Source: a virus. From it: a stretch of DNA of 26,682 nucleotides. Position numbers and translations under genes: made by a program. The stretch covers positions 1 through 26,682 of IMG/VR virus record IMGVR_UViG_3300043775_000777; one strand, given 5' to 3'. The notes under the pieces are model-generated. The model had not been told where the DNA came from, made no database searches, and was given only the letters and a program-made list of their open reading frames with translations. Position 1 is the first letter of the stretch, and each line of letters begins with the position of its first letter. Shown here one piece after another: positions 14,101 to 24,300 of this stretch.

Positions 14101-17100
14101 AACCCAGCGGAGTTCATGGAGTCTGCAAGAAGAAATGCTGAAGTAGCAAGAAAGTTCTATGACAGAAGAATAAAATACTTTGAAGATCTTGTTGCATCTG
14201 AGATGGGTAAAGTAAGAGATAATGCTCTATTGAATAAACTAGCTGATAATCAGTTGTATTTGAACAGAGAGGACATGGAGAATTATCTTGGAGACAAGAA
14301 CATCCCACCTTCTGAAATATATGACGGTAAAACTAAACAGATATACCCAGAAGGTAGTGAAGAATATAAGAAAATCTATGCAGAATACTTTGAGAAAAGA
14401 GCTGAGTTAAAGTCTCAACTAAAGCCTAAAAAGACTAATGTTGTTAAGAAAGACTATGAAGATAAGATCAATGAGTTAAAGCAAAAAATGCAAGATGAGA
14501 TTGATGCTTTACCAAAAGAAACTGTTAAAGAATATGGTGAAGACATTAAGAGAAAAGGTAAAAACAAATCTGTTAAAATTCAAGAGATTGCTGAGCAACT
14601 CCAACCGGAAGAGTATGTAGAAGTTGACTATAAAGATGCTATTGAACCAATGGTGTTTTATAAAGATGCTGCTGGTGAATTAAGATATGATAATGCTGAA
14701 GGTGATATAGTAGAAATACCTACAATCAAAACTAAATTTACAGAAGCTAAGAAGTTTACATATACTGAAAAAGCTGATGAAGCTGAGGTAAAAAAGATTC
14801 AGGATAGATATGAAGCAAGAATAGCAGAAGTAATGGATGCATATAATGCAGACATGCAAGATATAGAAACAGAAGAACCGTATGAAGAAGTAACACAGGA
14901 CTCAGACTTAACAGAGTATGCGGACTTTAGAAACATGCTATATTCTGAATTCTTAAAATATGTAGACACATTACCGCAAGAAGAGCAGGATGCTATCTAT
15001 GCAGATGATAATGTTACAGATGCAGAGTTTGAGAAATGGTATAGGCTTCCGGAAAATAAAAAATACTTTGACCAGTACAATAAAGAAAACAAACCTACCG
15101 GTCCAAAGAACAATGTAGTATTTACATTTGAAGGAACAGATATAGATACTAAAGATCTAAGTCTACCTGAAATAATAAAATACCGGGATAACATTAATAA
15201 TAAGATCAACAATATAAACAGTCAGTTAGAAACTGAGCAAGAGTTTCCGGATGATGAAGACCCGGATGTTATAGCAGATCTTAAAAAGCAGAAAAGAGCT
15301 TTAATGACAGATGTTAGAAATCTTAATGCTGTGATTAGCCGTAGACAATTTGAAGGTTTTCCTGCTGAAATAAAAGAAGCAGTTCAGAAGATTCAGATTC
15401 TTATTGAGAAACAAAAAGGTGTAGAAGAAAACTATTTACTTACTGAAGATGACCCGGTAACTGGTCTTAAAAAAGGAGAGACGGCTTATAGAATTAACAA
15501 GCTTATCCATAGAAGGGTAACTAATGCTATACAAGAAGTATTAGGTAAAGACTATGAATACCAAGGTAAGACACAAGTTGAGTCTGCATTTAATAATACT
15601 ATTGGTGTTAATGGTTTAAATCAAGATTCTATAAATGATTTTATATCACAGCTAAATGCACTACTAGAAATTAATAAACTTCCGGGTGCTAATGCTTTGT
15701 TTCTTGAAAAACTTACAGATCAATTAAGAGCTTTAGATGGTCTTACTCCTGAGCAAATTAAACTTGAAAAACAAAAAGATGTTTTACTTGACAAGTTAGA
15801 TGCAAAAGACAGAGATATTATTAAAGCTGAAGAAAATAACCTACCTGAAAGAGTAAACAATCTAGTAGCTCAAAAGAATGAAATACTTAAAGAACTAGCA
15901 GCTGTTGAGAAACAAATCAAAGGTGCTACAGCTCCTACAACTACTTCTACAACTACACCTGATATAAAAGCTAAAATAGCTGATATAGAAAAAAGAAGAA
16001 AAGAATCTATAATTTCATTTATTAAAAGTAGACCTAGAGTAAAACTTTCATCAAATGATGAAATTATTAAAGCTAAAGAAGAGTTAAGTAAACAAACTAC
16101 TGAAATTAACGATCAATATGATGCAGAGTATTTAGAAGCTGTTAAAAAAGGAGAAATACCTAAAGAAATGGCTATGAGTGCTATTTCAAGTGCAGATGGT
16201 TTAAACAGAAAAGCTTATAAAGAACTAGCTGCTTTAGGACAACAACCTGCTCAACCTGTTCAAGAAACTACAGCTAAAGAAGAAACTACTAGTCATAACA
16301 CTACAAAAGATATTGTTCTAAAGATGTTTGCTGAAGAAACATATCAAGATAGTAGAGATGCTGGTAACTTCTTAGATGATGCCAAAGATTATTTAGAGTC
16401 TGGTATTAAACCAAAGTTTGATGAGAGTAAAATATCTCAAGATGCCTATGATAACTTATTTGGTCCCGCAGGTTTCTTAACTGGTATAAAACAAAGAGTA
16501 GATGCCGGTGAGTTTTACTTAATTGGTAGAGGTCTTGTTGTTTATGATTCTGATATTACTAGACCTGACGGAACCAAAGACAGGATAGCAGGGGAGATTG
16601 ACTTATTATTAGCTACTAAAGATGGTATAATGATAGTGGATATCAAGTCTGGTGAGATGAGAAAGTGGACTAACTTTAACCAACTTAGTAAGGCTGAAGA
16701 TAAAAGAAACTATTCTAAAAGAGAAGAGTATACATTACAGCAAGGAGCTTATGCTACTATGTTAGAAAAAATGATAGACTATCCAGTATCAGGAATTGCT
16801 CTACTTGCTATTGAAAGAAGCTCAGACAAACAGACTAATGCAATGGTATCAGCAGGGAAACCTTCTGGAATGAGTATCTATTATGATCAAACATACCAAA
16901 AGAATCCTGATGGTACTTATAAGAGAAATCAATTTGGTGAACTAATATCTAAAGCTGCCCAAACTAAATTTTCAGATTGGATGGTTCCTTTGTATAGAGA
17001 AACTGTACAGGATAAGTTAGATATATTGTTTCCTCCCGGAGCTGTTAAATTTATGCCTGGTCTTAAAGAAAAAGCAATTAAAGAGTTTAATAATTATCTA

Positions 17101-18390
17101 GTGGACTTACAAAGTATTACAAATGAAGATACTAAACAAAACAAAACTGCATTAAATGAGATTGAGCAGAAAATAAATAACTTTGCTCAAAACAATAATC
17201 TTGACATTCCTGAAAATCTAAAAGAAGCTCTTAAAGAAAAGAAACTTGCTCTTGGTCAGGTAGTTGGTAAAAAGTTTATAGATAAAACTATTACTAAGTA
17301 TGAAGGTCTAGCTGCTCAAAGTAAATCTGAAGTAGATAAACTTGCTGCTAAACTTTCTACAATTAAATCTGATGTATCATTTGATAATATTAATCTAGCT
17401 CCTTCTAGTGCATTTATACAAGAACAGTTAAAACAAGATGAAGACTTTGCTGATAGATATGCAGTTCATGAAAGATTTAAAAATTCAACAGGGCAACCGA
17501 CTATAGGTCAGCTTACTGCTGCTGATACACTACATAAATCAGGAATTCTTACAGATGAAGAATATCAACCAATAGAAGATGGTGAATCTAATAAAGAAGA
17601 AGTATCTAAAATGATACATGAAGCTGTAAAAAGAATTCAGTATCTAAAAGCTAACAGTGAAACAAATGAAGAGTTAAATAAGTTTAAAGAATATCAGTCT
17701 CAGATTATCAAACTTATAACTACTGATAAAGTAAATCAATCTAACATAGGTATTGCTAATGCTCTTAAACTTGCTAATGCTAAAATTGCTGAAGGTGATG
17801 TTAAGATGGCATTGGATCTTGTAAATGCTGAAGTGTTTAAACTGGAATCTCAATTGAAATATACTACAAAAGAGTTTGTTCAAAATAAAATCCAAGAGAA
17901 AATTGATGATTTAAATAAAGTTACTGAAGCCATAATAACTACTACAGGTTATGTAGAAGAAGTCTTTGTCCCTGAGCAAGAAGTAGTAGAAGGAGAGCTT
18001 GAAGAGTTTGACAATGAAGACCAATTAGATAAAATTATTGTCAAAAAAGGCATGGATCTTTACAGAGATAATGCTAAATTTACTGTCCAAACTGTCCATA
18101 GAAATAATACTGTTACTCTTAGAGATAGTTCAGGTAATAAACTTACAGTTACTATGGAAGAACTAAATAAAAACTACAAGACTGAATCTGATTTATTAGG
18201 TCCTGAAGTTGCTCCAGAAGAAATAACTCTTACACCAGAAGAACAAGAATTTGTAAACCAATCTGAAGATAATGTAGATGCATTATTAGATAAAGATGAA
18301 GTAACAGATGCTCTAATGAATCAAGCGGATAAAATCAAATCTTCAGATGAAGCTGAGGATGCCTTATTAGATGACTTAAATTGTGAATAA
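11188..18390 (+). CDS. Giant phage virion/ejection protein (2400 aa) with N-terminal hydrophobic segments and a PD-(D/E)xK nuclease domain
   Basis: Gly/Ala-rich hydrophobic stretches (about 11881-11991 and 12907-12981), an FTEGIQENFQE motif (12721-12753), long coiled-coil-like regions, and the nuclease motifs AGEIDLL, IVDIKS, YTLQQGAYA. Confidence 0.85.
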   Translation: MAEETPFSPLDSLGPEYGGINAPRLDAQGLSPFEGDMLTDPKINFPKPENYFPVLPQVTNLDRPNSSIERNVVRTPANNPSIKPKKVSGAQNKASITKSLDAFFQANQNKDNYAKIYSYNAGPDGNAFYKRYAAYGQETFDKIGFHPLRDNESNFNAQTSRWDDFSRMMTHSFIPLFSRGFVSGPKSLWKMAHGDFTSSDREDARVYEEAAGIGQSSKGGVFGFANNTMMNFGYTAGIITEAVAEEIAGALLAAPTGGASLFATTANIATKVPRALSLTQRAVKGYDAVKTTLKSFDSINAARKFWNAAASNKTVSAIGRGLNPLENSFEAFKAIKGTDNITDLAALSKTAGGFYRDIRKINMALSEARLEAGMVENKVYDKLYHEAYMAKGEPPSNKEQAELEKQAKDASLETLLANTALIYASNSITFNNITSPRGGLRNFIKSTTDDIYEIAAREGQKDFGKLGKVIYDKTARQFELQKSNLKTWAKGWRKDPIHKSIGSTIGYFKANFTEGIQENFQEVIAQANERYYIDSYKSPTLQTQLYSKGVIKANLKPKADYYAQGLKDQFNSQGLETFASGFFMGTLASPLNAAIPFLSSTYNRTFDKEGFAKWKKDQTAIAENLVKDLNDVKMKDFMSDRVMNTGAQDLISKIRINASKKGGLDAETESFVNAVNTMRRTGTSGIFMDTLKSFKQYDDKEFADAMKITEEQVPKYRGRVDKAIARLNNINNIFENGERKHPNPVSLDNLGEEGTPEYDAKLALYKGWNDSLRNYAFFNEAYNDVKGRRASIQNKYNTNPNFQSLSSTDKSLLFQPERIIDEVRLLNTQLALEKDGENNAKKVNELESRIQLLSEFAKAHKGFDEYFNRADEDKVKIVKEELQKKTGKEPTAEEIAEELDKRVGSLDNEELKMFHLLNLKNAHNNYLKTLSKDKGDYIFDEQADEAFEQLVDYYKLGQEGKALATYVDIMNNPAEFMESARRNAEVARKFYDRRIKYFEDLVASEMGKVRDNALLNKLADNQLYLNREDMENYLGDKNIPPSEIYDGKTKQIYPEGSEEYKKIYAEYFEKRAELKSQLKPKKTNVVKKDYEDKINELKQKMQDEIDALPKETVKEYGEDIKRKGKNKSVKIQEIAEQLQPEEYVEVDYKDAIEPMVFYKDAAGELRYDNAEGDIVEIPTIKTKFTEAKKFTYTEKADEAEVKKIQDRYEARIAEVMDAYNADMQDIETEEPYEEVTQDSDLTEYADFRNMLYSEFLKYVDTLPQEEQDAIYADDNVTDAEFEKWYRLPENKKYFDQYNKENKPTGPKNNVVFTFEGTDIDTKDLSLPEIIKYRDNINNKINNINSQLETEQEFPDDEDPDVIADLKKQKRALMTDVRNLNAVISRRQFEGFPAEIKEAVQKIQILIEKQKGVEENYLLTEDDPVTGLKKGETAYRINKLIHRRVTNAIQEVLGKDYEYQGKTQVESAFNNTIGVNGLNQDSINDFISQLNALLEINKLPGANALFLEKLTDQLRALDGLTPEQIKLEKQKDVLLDKLDAKDRDIIKAEENNLPERVNNLVAQKNEILKELAAVEKQIKGATAPTTTSTTTPDIKAKIADIEKRRKESIISFIKSRPRVKLSSNDEIIKAKEELSKQTTEINDQYDAEYLEAVKKGEIPKEMAMSAISSADGLNRKAYKELAALGQQPAQPVQETTAKEETTSHNTTKDIVLKMFAEETYQDSRDAGNFLDDAKDYLESGIKPKFDESKISQDAYDNLFGPAGFLTGIKQRVDAGEFYLIGRGLVVYDSDITRPDGTKDRIAGEIDLLLATKDGIMIVDIKSGEMRKWTNFNQLSKAEDKRNYSKREEYTLQQGAYATMLEKMIDYPVSGIALLAIERSSDKQTNAMVSAGKPSGMSIYYDQTYQKNPDGTYKRNQFGELISKAAQTKFSDWMVPLYRETVQDKLDILFPPGAVKFMPGLKEKAIKEFNNYLVDLQSITNEDTKQNKTALNEIEQKINNFAQNNNLDIPENLKEALKEKKLALGQVVGKKFIDKTITKYEGLAAQSKSEVDKLAAKLSTIKSDVSFDNINLAPSSAFIQEQLKQDEDFADRYAVHERFKNSTGQPTIGQLTAADTLHKSGILTDEEYQPIEDGESNKEEVSKMIHEAVKRIQYLKANSETNEELNKFKEYQSQIIKLITTDKVNQSNIGIANALKLANAKIAEGDVKMALDLVNAEVFKLESQLKYTTKEFVQNKIQEKIDDLNKVTEAIITTTGYVEEVFVPEQEVVEGELEEFDNEDQLDKIIVKKGMDLYRDNAKFTVQTVHRNNTVTLRDSSGNKLTVTMEELNKNYKTESDLLGPEVAPEEITLTPEEQEFVNQSEDNVDALLDKDEVTDALMNQADKIKSSDEAEDALLDDLNCE
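15888..16233 (+). repeat. Imperfect 16-bp direct repeat (TAAAGAACTAGCWGCT) flanking a 330-bp in-frame module in ORF5
   Basis: Copies at 15888-15903 and 16218-16233, 15/16 identical, both encoding KELAA, exactly 110 codons apart. Confidence 0.55.
16348..16815 (+). other. PD-(D/E)xK (RecB/Cas4-like) nuclease domain core within ORF5
   Basis: G-E-I-D (16591-16602), I-V-D-I-K (D at 16639, K at 16645) and Q-x-x-x-Y (YTLQQGAY, 16729-16752) occur in the canonical order and spacing of RecB-family motifs II, III and IV. Confidence 0.8.
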
Positions 18391-18392
18391 TC

Positions 18393-21300
18393 ATGAGTAT
18401 AACATGTGCCCTTTCTGATTCTCAGATTGAAAAACTATTTAAACTAACATATAAAAGAATGAAAGATTCATTAGACTCAGATACTGAGTTTGATGCTGAA
18501 GATTTCATGAAAGATTTGTTTAATAAAATTGCTGGTAAACAAGATGCAGAAACTGCAGCTAAGTTTATTCAGCATGTTCCGGCCATGGTTTATGCATTGT
18601 CTGCTAAATCTGCTTTTAAAAACTTAGATTTTAAAGATACATTAAATGAGTCTGCTATTAAAAAATTAAGTAGACAGTTTAAATCAGATACAGGGATCAG
18701 TGATGTTGTTAGTAGATATCAAGTAAAGCCAGATGTTTTACCCGGTAAGGTTGAAAGAGAAGCTGATAATGCTAATAAGATAGAGCTTAATCAAATTCCA
18801 ATACCAGAAGAACCAGTAACTGTAATTGAGTCAGATAGATTTAAAACATTAAGTCCTTGGGGAGGAACTCTTCAGAATTATATTAAGATTAATCCTAATA
18901 AAAAATCTGATGGTTCTGTAGTAATTGAAGAAATTAATCCAGAGAAAGCTCATATTATAAAGACTTTTGAAAACATAAAACAAATACAAGCCATGAGTGA
19001 CCTCACTGATGGTATTATTTATGAAGGTAAAAAGTTAATGTTCCGTGCAGAAAATTTAGATTTATTTGCCAGAGGTGAAAACCTAGACATGCTTGATAAA
19101 GAAACTAGAGATGAGATAGCTGCTTCTAGAACAATTATCAATAATAAATCTAAAGTTGATCCTGCAATTGCACAAGTAAATCAAAGAGTTATACTTGTTC
19201 TTACTGATGAGTTTGGTAATAATATCTATGTAGATAATGAAGGTAAGATAACTGATAAAGAGACTGGAAAGTTAGTATACCAGTTCATGAGAACTGTAAG
19301 AAAACAAGGTAATAAATATACTGTAAAAGACATCTATAATCAAGAAGATCAAGTTCTTTCTCCAGAAGAGTTTGCAAGAATGACTTACAATCCAGAAATA
19401 GATGGAACAAAGAGAGAGTACTTTGATAAAGTTGTAGCAGAGCAACAAAAGCAGATGAAAGAGTTGTATGACCTACAACAGAAAGCATTAAAGAATGAAG
19501 CAAAGTTATTACCGGTTACAGGTATTACTACAGGTATATCATCTAATTTAAGTTCAACAAGAATTTTATTAAATGAACTTACAAAGTTTCCTGGTATAAC
19601 TGCTGATGTTTATAGCACAATTGAAACTGCACCAAGAGATACAGCTACACTAAGAAAAGGTGAAGCCACAATTGAGATTAACGGAAACACTTTTGCAATT
19701 GACAGACCAAGAATAACAAAAGATATTGCAGATGAAGTGGCTTCAGTATTAACTAATCCTAATATTCCTTTAGCAGCTAAAAAAGGTTTTGTAGATCAGT
19801 TTTTACCAAGTTCCTTAGATATCCAAGGTTCTGCCAAAAAGTATAAATTTAGTTTTGATAAAGATTTAAAATACTTATACTTTAATGAGTATAAAGATTT
19901 TAAATTTAAAAACCCTGTAGATGAGAAAGGAAAATTATTAACAGATACTAATTTAAAAAAACTATCTGCTGAAGAAGTTAAAAACATTAAAGATAGAATA
20001 GTAAATGTTTTAATGAATGGTGGAATTAAGAATAATATAGAAGGTCAATCAAATGCTGTATTCATGTCATATGATAGCAGCAAGTTTAATAAAAACTACC
20101 AAAGACTATCTGAAGATGGTTCAAGATTCATTGATAAATCATATAATGAATTCTTAAGTACTTTACCAGCTGAAATAAAAATTATAAATGCAGACCCCGG
20201 ATTCTATAACTATTCAGTTAGTTACACTACTCCTGATAGCACATTAGGTAAAGTAATTGAATCTAACACAAGACAATTAAGCTTTGATGAAGAGTTAGCA
20301 TTAGAGGCTGAGAAACTTAAAAATGATCCGGCTACTATAGAATCTAATAGAATTATAAATCAAGCTAATAGTGAAGCTTGGAGACTTCTTGTTGAGTCAG
20401 ATCCAACCGTTAAAGTAAAACCTGTATCAGAACCAGTATTAATTGTATCATATTTAAGAAATCAGATTGCTACAAATCCAACATATACAAAAGAGTTTGT
20501 TACAAAAGTATTTGATAACATACTTGGAGCTTATTGGAGACAAATTGGAGATGCTCAATCTAAACTTATTAATGATGAGATTAACAAAAGATTTCCAGAA
20601 CCTATTAATTCTAAGGAACTTACTAATGCAGAAACATTACAAATCTTAACTGAACCAGGTGCACCAGCTCCTGAAAGTACAGATTCTGCAGTAAGTGAAA
20701 TATTTAAATCAAATGGTAAGATAGACTTAGATTCTATACCAGGTTCATTTGATAGAAAAGGATTTGACAAAGAAAGAATAAATCCTCTTAAAGTTTTACG
20801 GGCTAAGAAGTGGTGGAACAGTGAAGAGATTAAACCTTTAAGAGACCTTATCTCATTTGAGCATGCAGCTAATCTTGTTAACTCAGATGTGTTTGCAACA
20901 TTTATAGTTAATGCTGCATATATAGCTGATACAAATGATAAAATGGGTACTATTAAAGTGAATAAGCTTAATGGTTCATTTTACCAAAATCTTACTGCAT
21001 ACCATGAGGCGTGGCATGTTTTCTCTCAGTTGTTCTTAACTAAGGAACAAAAGATTGATCTATATACAGAGCTTCAAAATTATACTGATGCTAATGGTAA
21101 TCAACCTTATGCAAATAAAAAGTTTAGAGAACTAGAAGAAATGCTAGCTGAAGACTTTAGAAATTATGTTAAGTCCGGTAAAGCAAAAGAAAATGCTCCA
21201 AAAAGAAATACAATCTTTAGACAAATACTAAACTTCTTAAAACAACTATTTGGCAAGTACCTTAATAAGTTTAAGAAAAAAGATATTCAGTTAGATAGCC

Positions 21301-24300
21301 TGAATTCTCCAATGGCTAAAGAGTTATTTGATAACTTATTCCTTGGTAGATTTAATAGTTATCAAGCTTCTGTAGACAATGTAGTATTATATGATTTAGA
21401 TAGAGGAGTAAGACAGGTAAATAATCCAAAAGAAGATGCTTTAAGTCCTCAAGATGGTAATCAAATGGTTAAGACCATAGATAGTATCTTCTCTGAAAAA
21501 ATTGATGATATCTATGACACCAGAGTTATTGAAGCTAGAAAACAGATTGCTGAGACAGCACTTAAAGAAGGAATAAAAGTAACTCCTGAGTATATAGAAA
21601 AACAGTTACATACAAAAGGTCTTAAGTCTGCAAGTGTATTAATGCTTACTGATACTGCAAAGAGAGCTTGGTTATATGGTGAAACAAAGAACAGCCTTCA
21701 GGAAATACTTAAAAGTGAAACAGCTAAGTTAGAAAAAGTTAAAGGTCAAAAAGACTTTAATAAGTATGCTACATTAAAGGAAATTTCTGATAATGCAGTA
21801 GCTGTAATGAAGAATAAGAAAGGAGAAGACAAGTACTTCTTCTTAGCATCTCAGATTGATGACTTCAGTAAACTAGACCCATCTTTAAAACGTGGTGAAA
21901 GAGTTAGAGGAGAAGACTATAAAGGCAGTATTAAAATCCTTGGTGATTTCTACAAGCATAAAGAAATAACTAAAGATGGAAGACCTGTTGATATTGTTAT
22001 CATTTCTAAAATACAAGATGCTGAATTACAGTTTCAGAATTATAAAAATGCAGAGAAACAAAAAGCATATACAGAAGTTATATTAAATAAGAATGCTAAA
22101 AATATTCTTGTTGATGACAAACAACAATTAGTTAGAGATAACATAAGAATCTTACAAAATACATTAGCTAACTGGGGTGATGAAAAAAGTGGTATGGTTA
22201 AGTACCATATGGAAAACACTGATTATGAAATTGGTAAAAATAAGTTTGACATAGAAGTACAAAGCCAATCAAAACAAGAGATTGACCAGGACGGTAATGT
22301 TATAGATGAAACTGAAGTTACTGAAGGTGCAACAACAGATCCAGAAGTTAAACCAGGTACTCAGTCACTTCAGCAAATGATGAGTAAAGAAACTACTTAT
22401 CTTATCAAAAGTTTATTTAAAGTCAACCCTGATGGTACTACACCAACAGATAGATTTGGAGTTAAAGAAAGAGCAGACTTTAATAAAGTATTTACTATTC
22501 TAGCCAAGACTATAGGCGGAGAAAGAGATAGATACAAAGCATATGCAAAGCTAGCTGAGGAATCTGAAAAGTTTCCTGAGCTTAAGCAGTTATATGAAAA
22601 GAAATATCCAGACCCGAACAATATTACAAATACACATGAGATGGATATCAGTGTAAGGTTCTGGCAAGACTTTGGTAAATTCAGAGTTAAGTACATGCAG
22701 TTGTTTGCATTTAATGATTCTGACAGTAATACTATAGACTTTAGAGTTAAAGAATCTTCTATTGCTATTGACAATACTCTAAATAGATGGATGGCTTTAT
22801 TCAAAAGTACACAAGCTACTTCATATATTAATAAAGGTAAAGACAATGTTTCTACATTAAACTTAGCTAATCTAGTAAAAGACTTTGGTACTAAAGGTGA
22901 GTTAGCAAAAAAAGATGCAATAGACTTTGCTAGAGCAATGGCTATTGACTTAGATAACAATGACAATATTAAAAAGGAACTAGCGGACAACTTTGACTAC
23001 TATGGTCTAGCTTATATATTTGATATTGTTAAAGGTTTCAATGAGATAAATAACTTAAAAGAAGGTGATCCAGAATTAACAGCTGAAAGAGTTAAGTATC
23101 TTGACATGTTTAAGAAGAATCCAATTGATGTTCTTAAAAATATTATTCCTGTTGGTGTATTATCTACTCTTAAAGGTTCAGTAAAAGAACTTACACAGTT
23201 AAAGAGACTTGCTGAATTACAATCTAAGTATGGTTTTGACTCAGCTACAACTGGTGTTATCCGTGCCAACGGTAATACAGGATACCAAGAAATGAATTGG
23301 AGTTCTGCTGCATCTTATGTATATGCATTAAATGAAGTTACAGAGATGCATCAGCTATGGACGGATCCAAGATATAATTATATGTCTTACCTGAATCCAG
23401 CTATTAATCCTCACACACTTCAACTAAGCATTATTAAAAGTTTGTTTGATGCTAATGGTAAGAAGATACCAGGTAAAAGTGTTTTATTAATGGCAGTAGA
23501 TGGCACATCTATGTCTAATAAAAAGACAGTTACCAAAAATGGAAGACAAGTTGAGATAGAAGAAGCAGAAGGTAATACTACTACTGAACTAGATCCGCAG
23601 TCTAAGTTTTTACAGGAGTTACATACAATGCTTTTAGGTGGTGTAGCTGAATTCCCAAGACACTCTGAAAAGAAATTCTCATATGGTATTAAAGTTGTTG
23701 GAGGTATAGAAGGAAGTTCAGTAGGTTATCTTTTACAAGGCACAGATAAAAATCTTTATGTAGACATGGATATGTTTACTAAAACAGATGAAAAAGGTAG
23801 ACTTAATGGTGAAATCTATGCTATTGGTAATAACATACTTCCATATATCCAGGGTGAGTTTGATAGAATTAAAAAATTCAGAGGAGCAAACAAAGAAGAA
23901 TACTTAAAAATTACTGGGTATAACAAATTAGTTGATGATGGTAATGGTAATGATGCACCTGCCGGCTCAGTATTTTCTGCATTTGATTCTGTACTTAGAC
24001 AAGAAACAAAAGATGCATTATATAAATTAGCTGATGAACAAATAGATGTTCCTTTAGTAGATTACTTAAGAGGTAAGCCATTAAGAAAAATGATGGCAGA
24101 TGATATCATAGACTACTTTAATGAAAAAACTAATGAGTTAGACACTCTGTATTTCCAGAAAATGCCATTCTTGTCTAAGTCTATTTTTGAAAAACTTGGA
24201 TATAAAGCTGATGAATTAACTAGTAATAAAATCAATAGTCTAAAATTAGATAAGACATTAACTGATAGGATACTAAAAGCATATTTGTATAATGACTTTA

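Noticed and set aside
16348-16815. Cas4 or CRISPR-Cas assignment for the nuclease domain
   Set aside because: No Fe-S cluster cysteines, no other cas genes and no repeat-spacer array in the window. It is a domain of a giant phage protein.
12340-17634. HEAYM (12340) and HEAVK (17617) in ORF5 as metallopeptidase motifs
   Set aside because: The second His of HExxH is missing in both.
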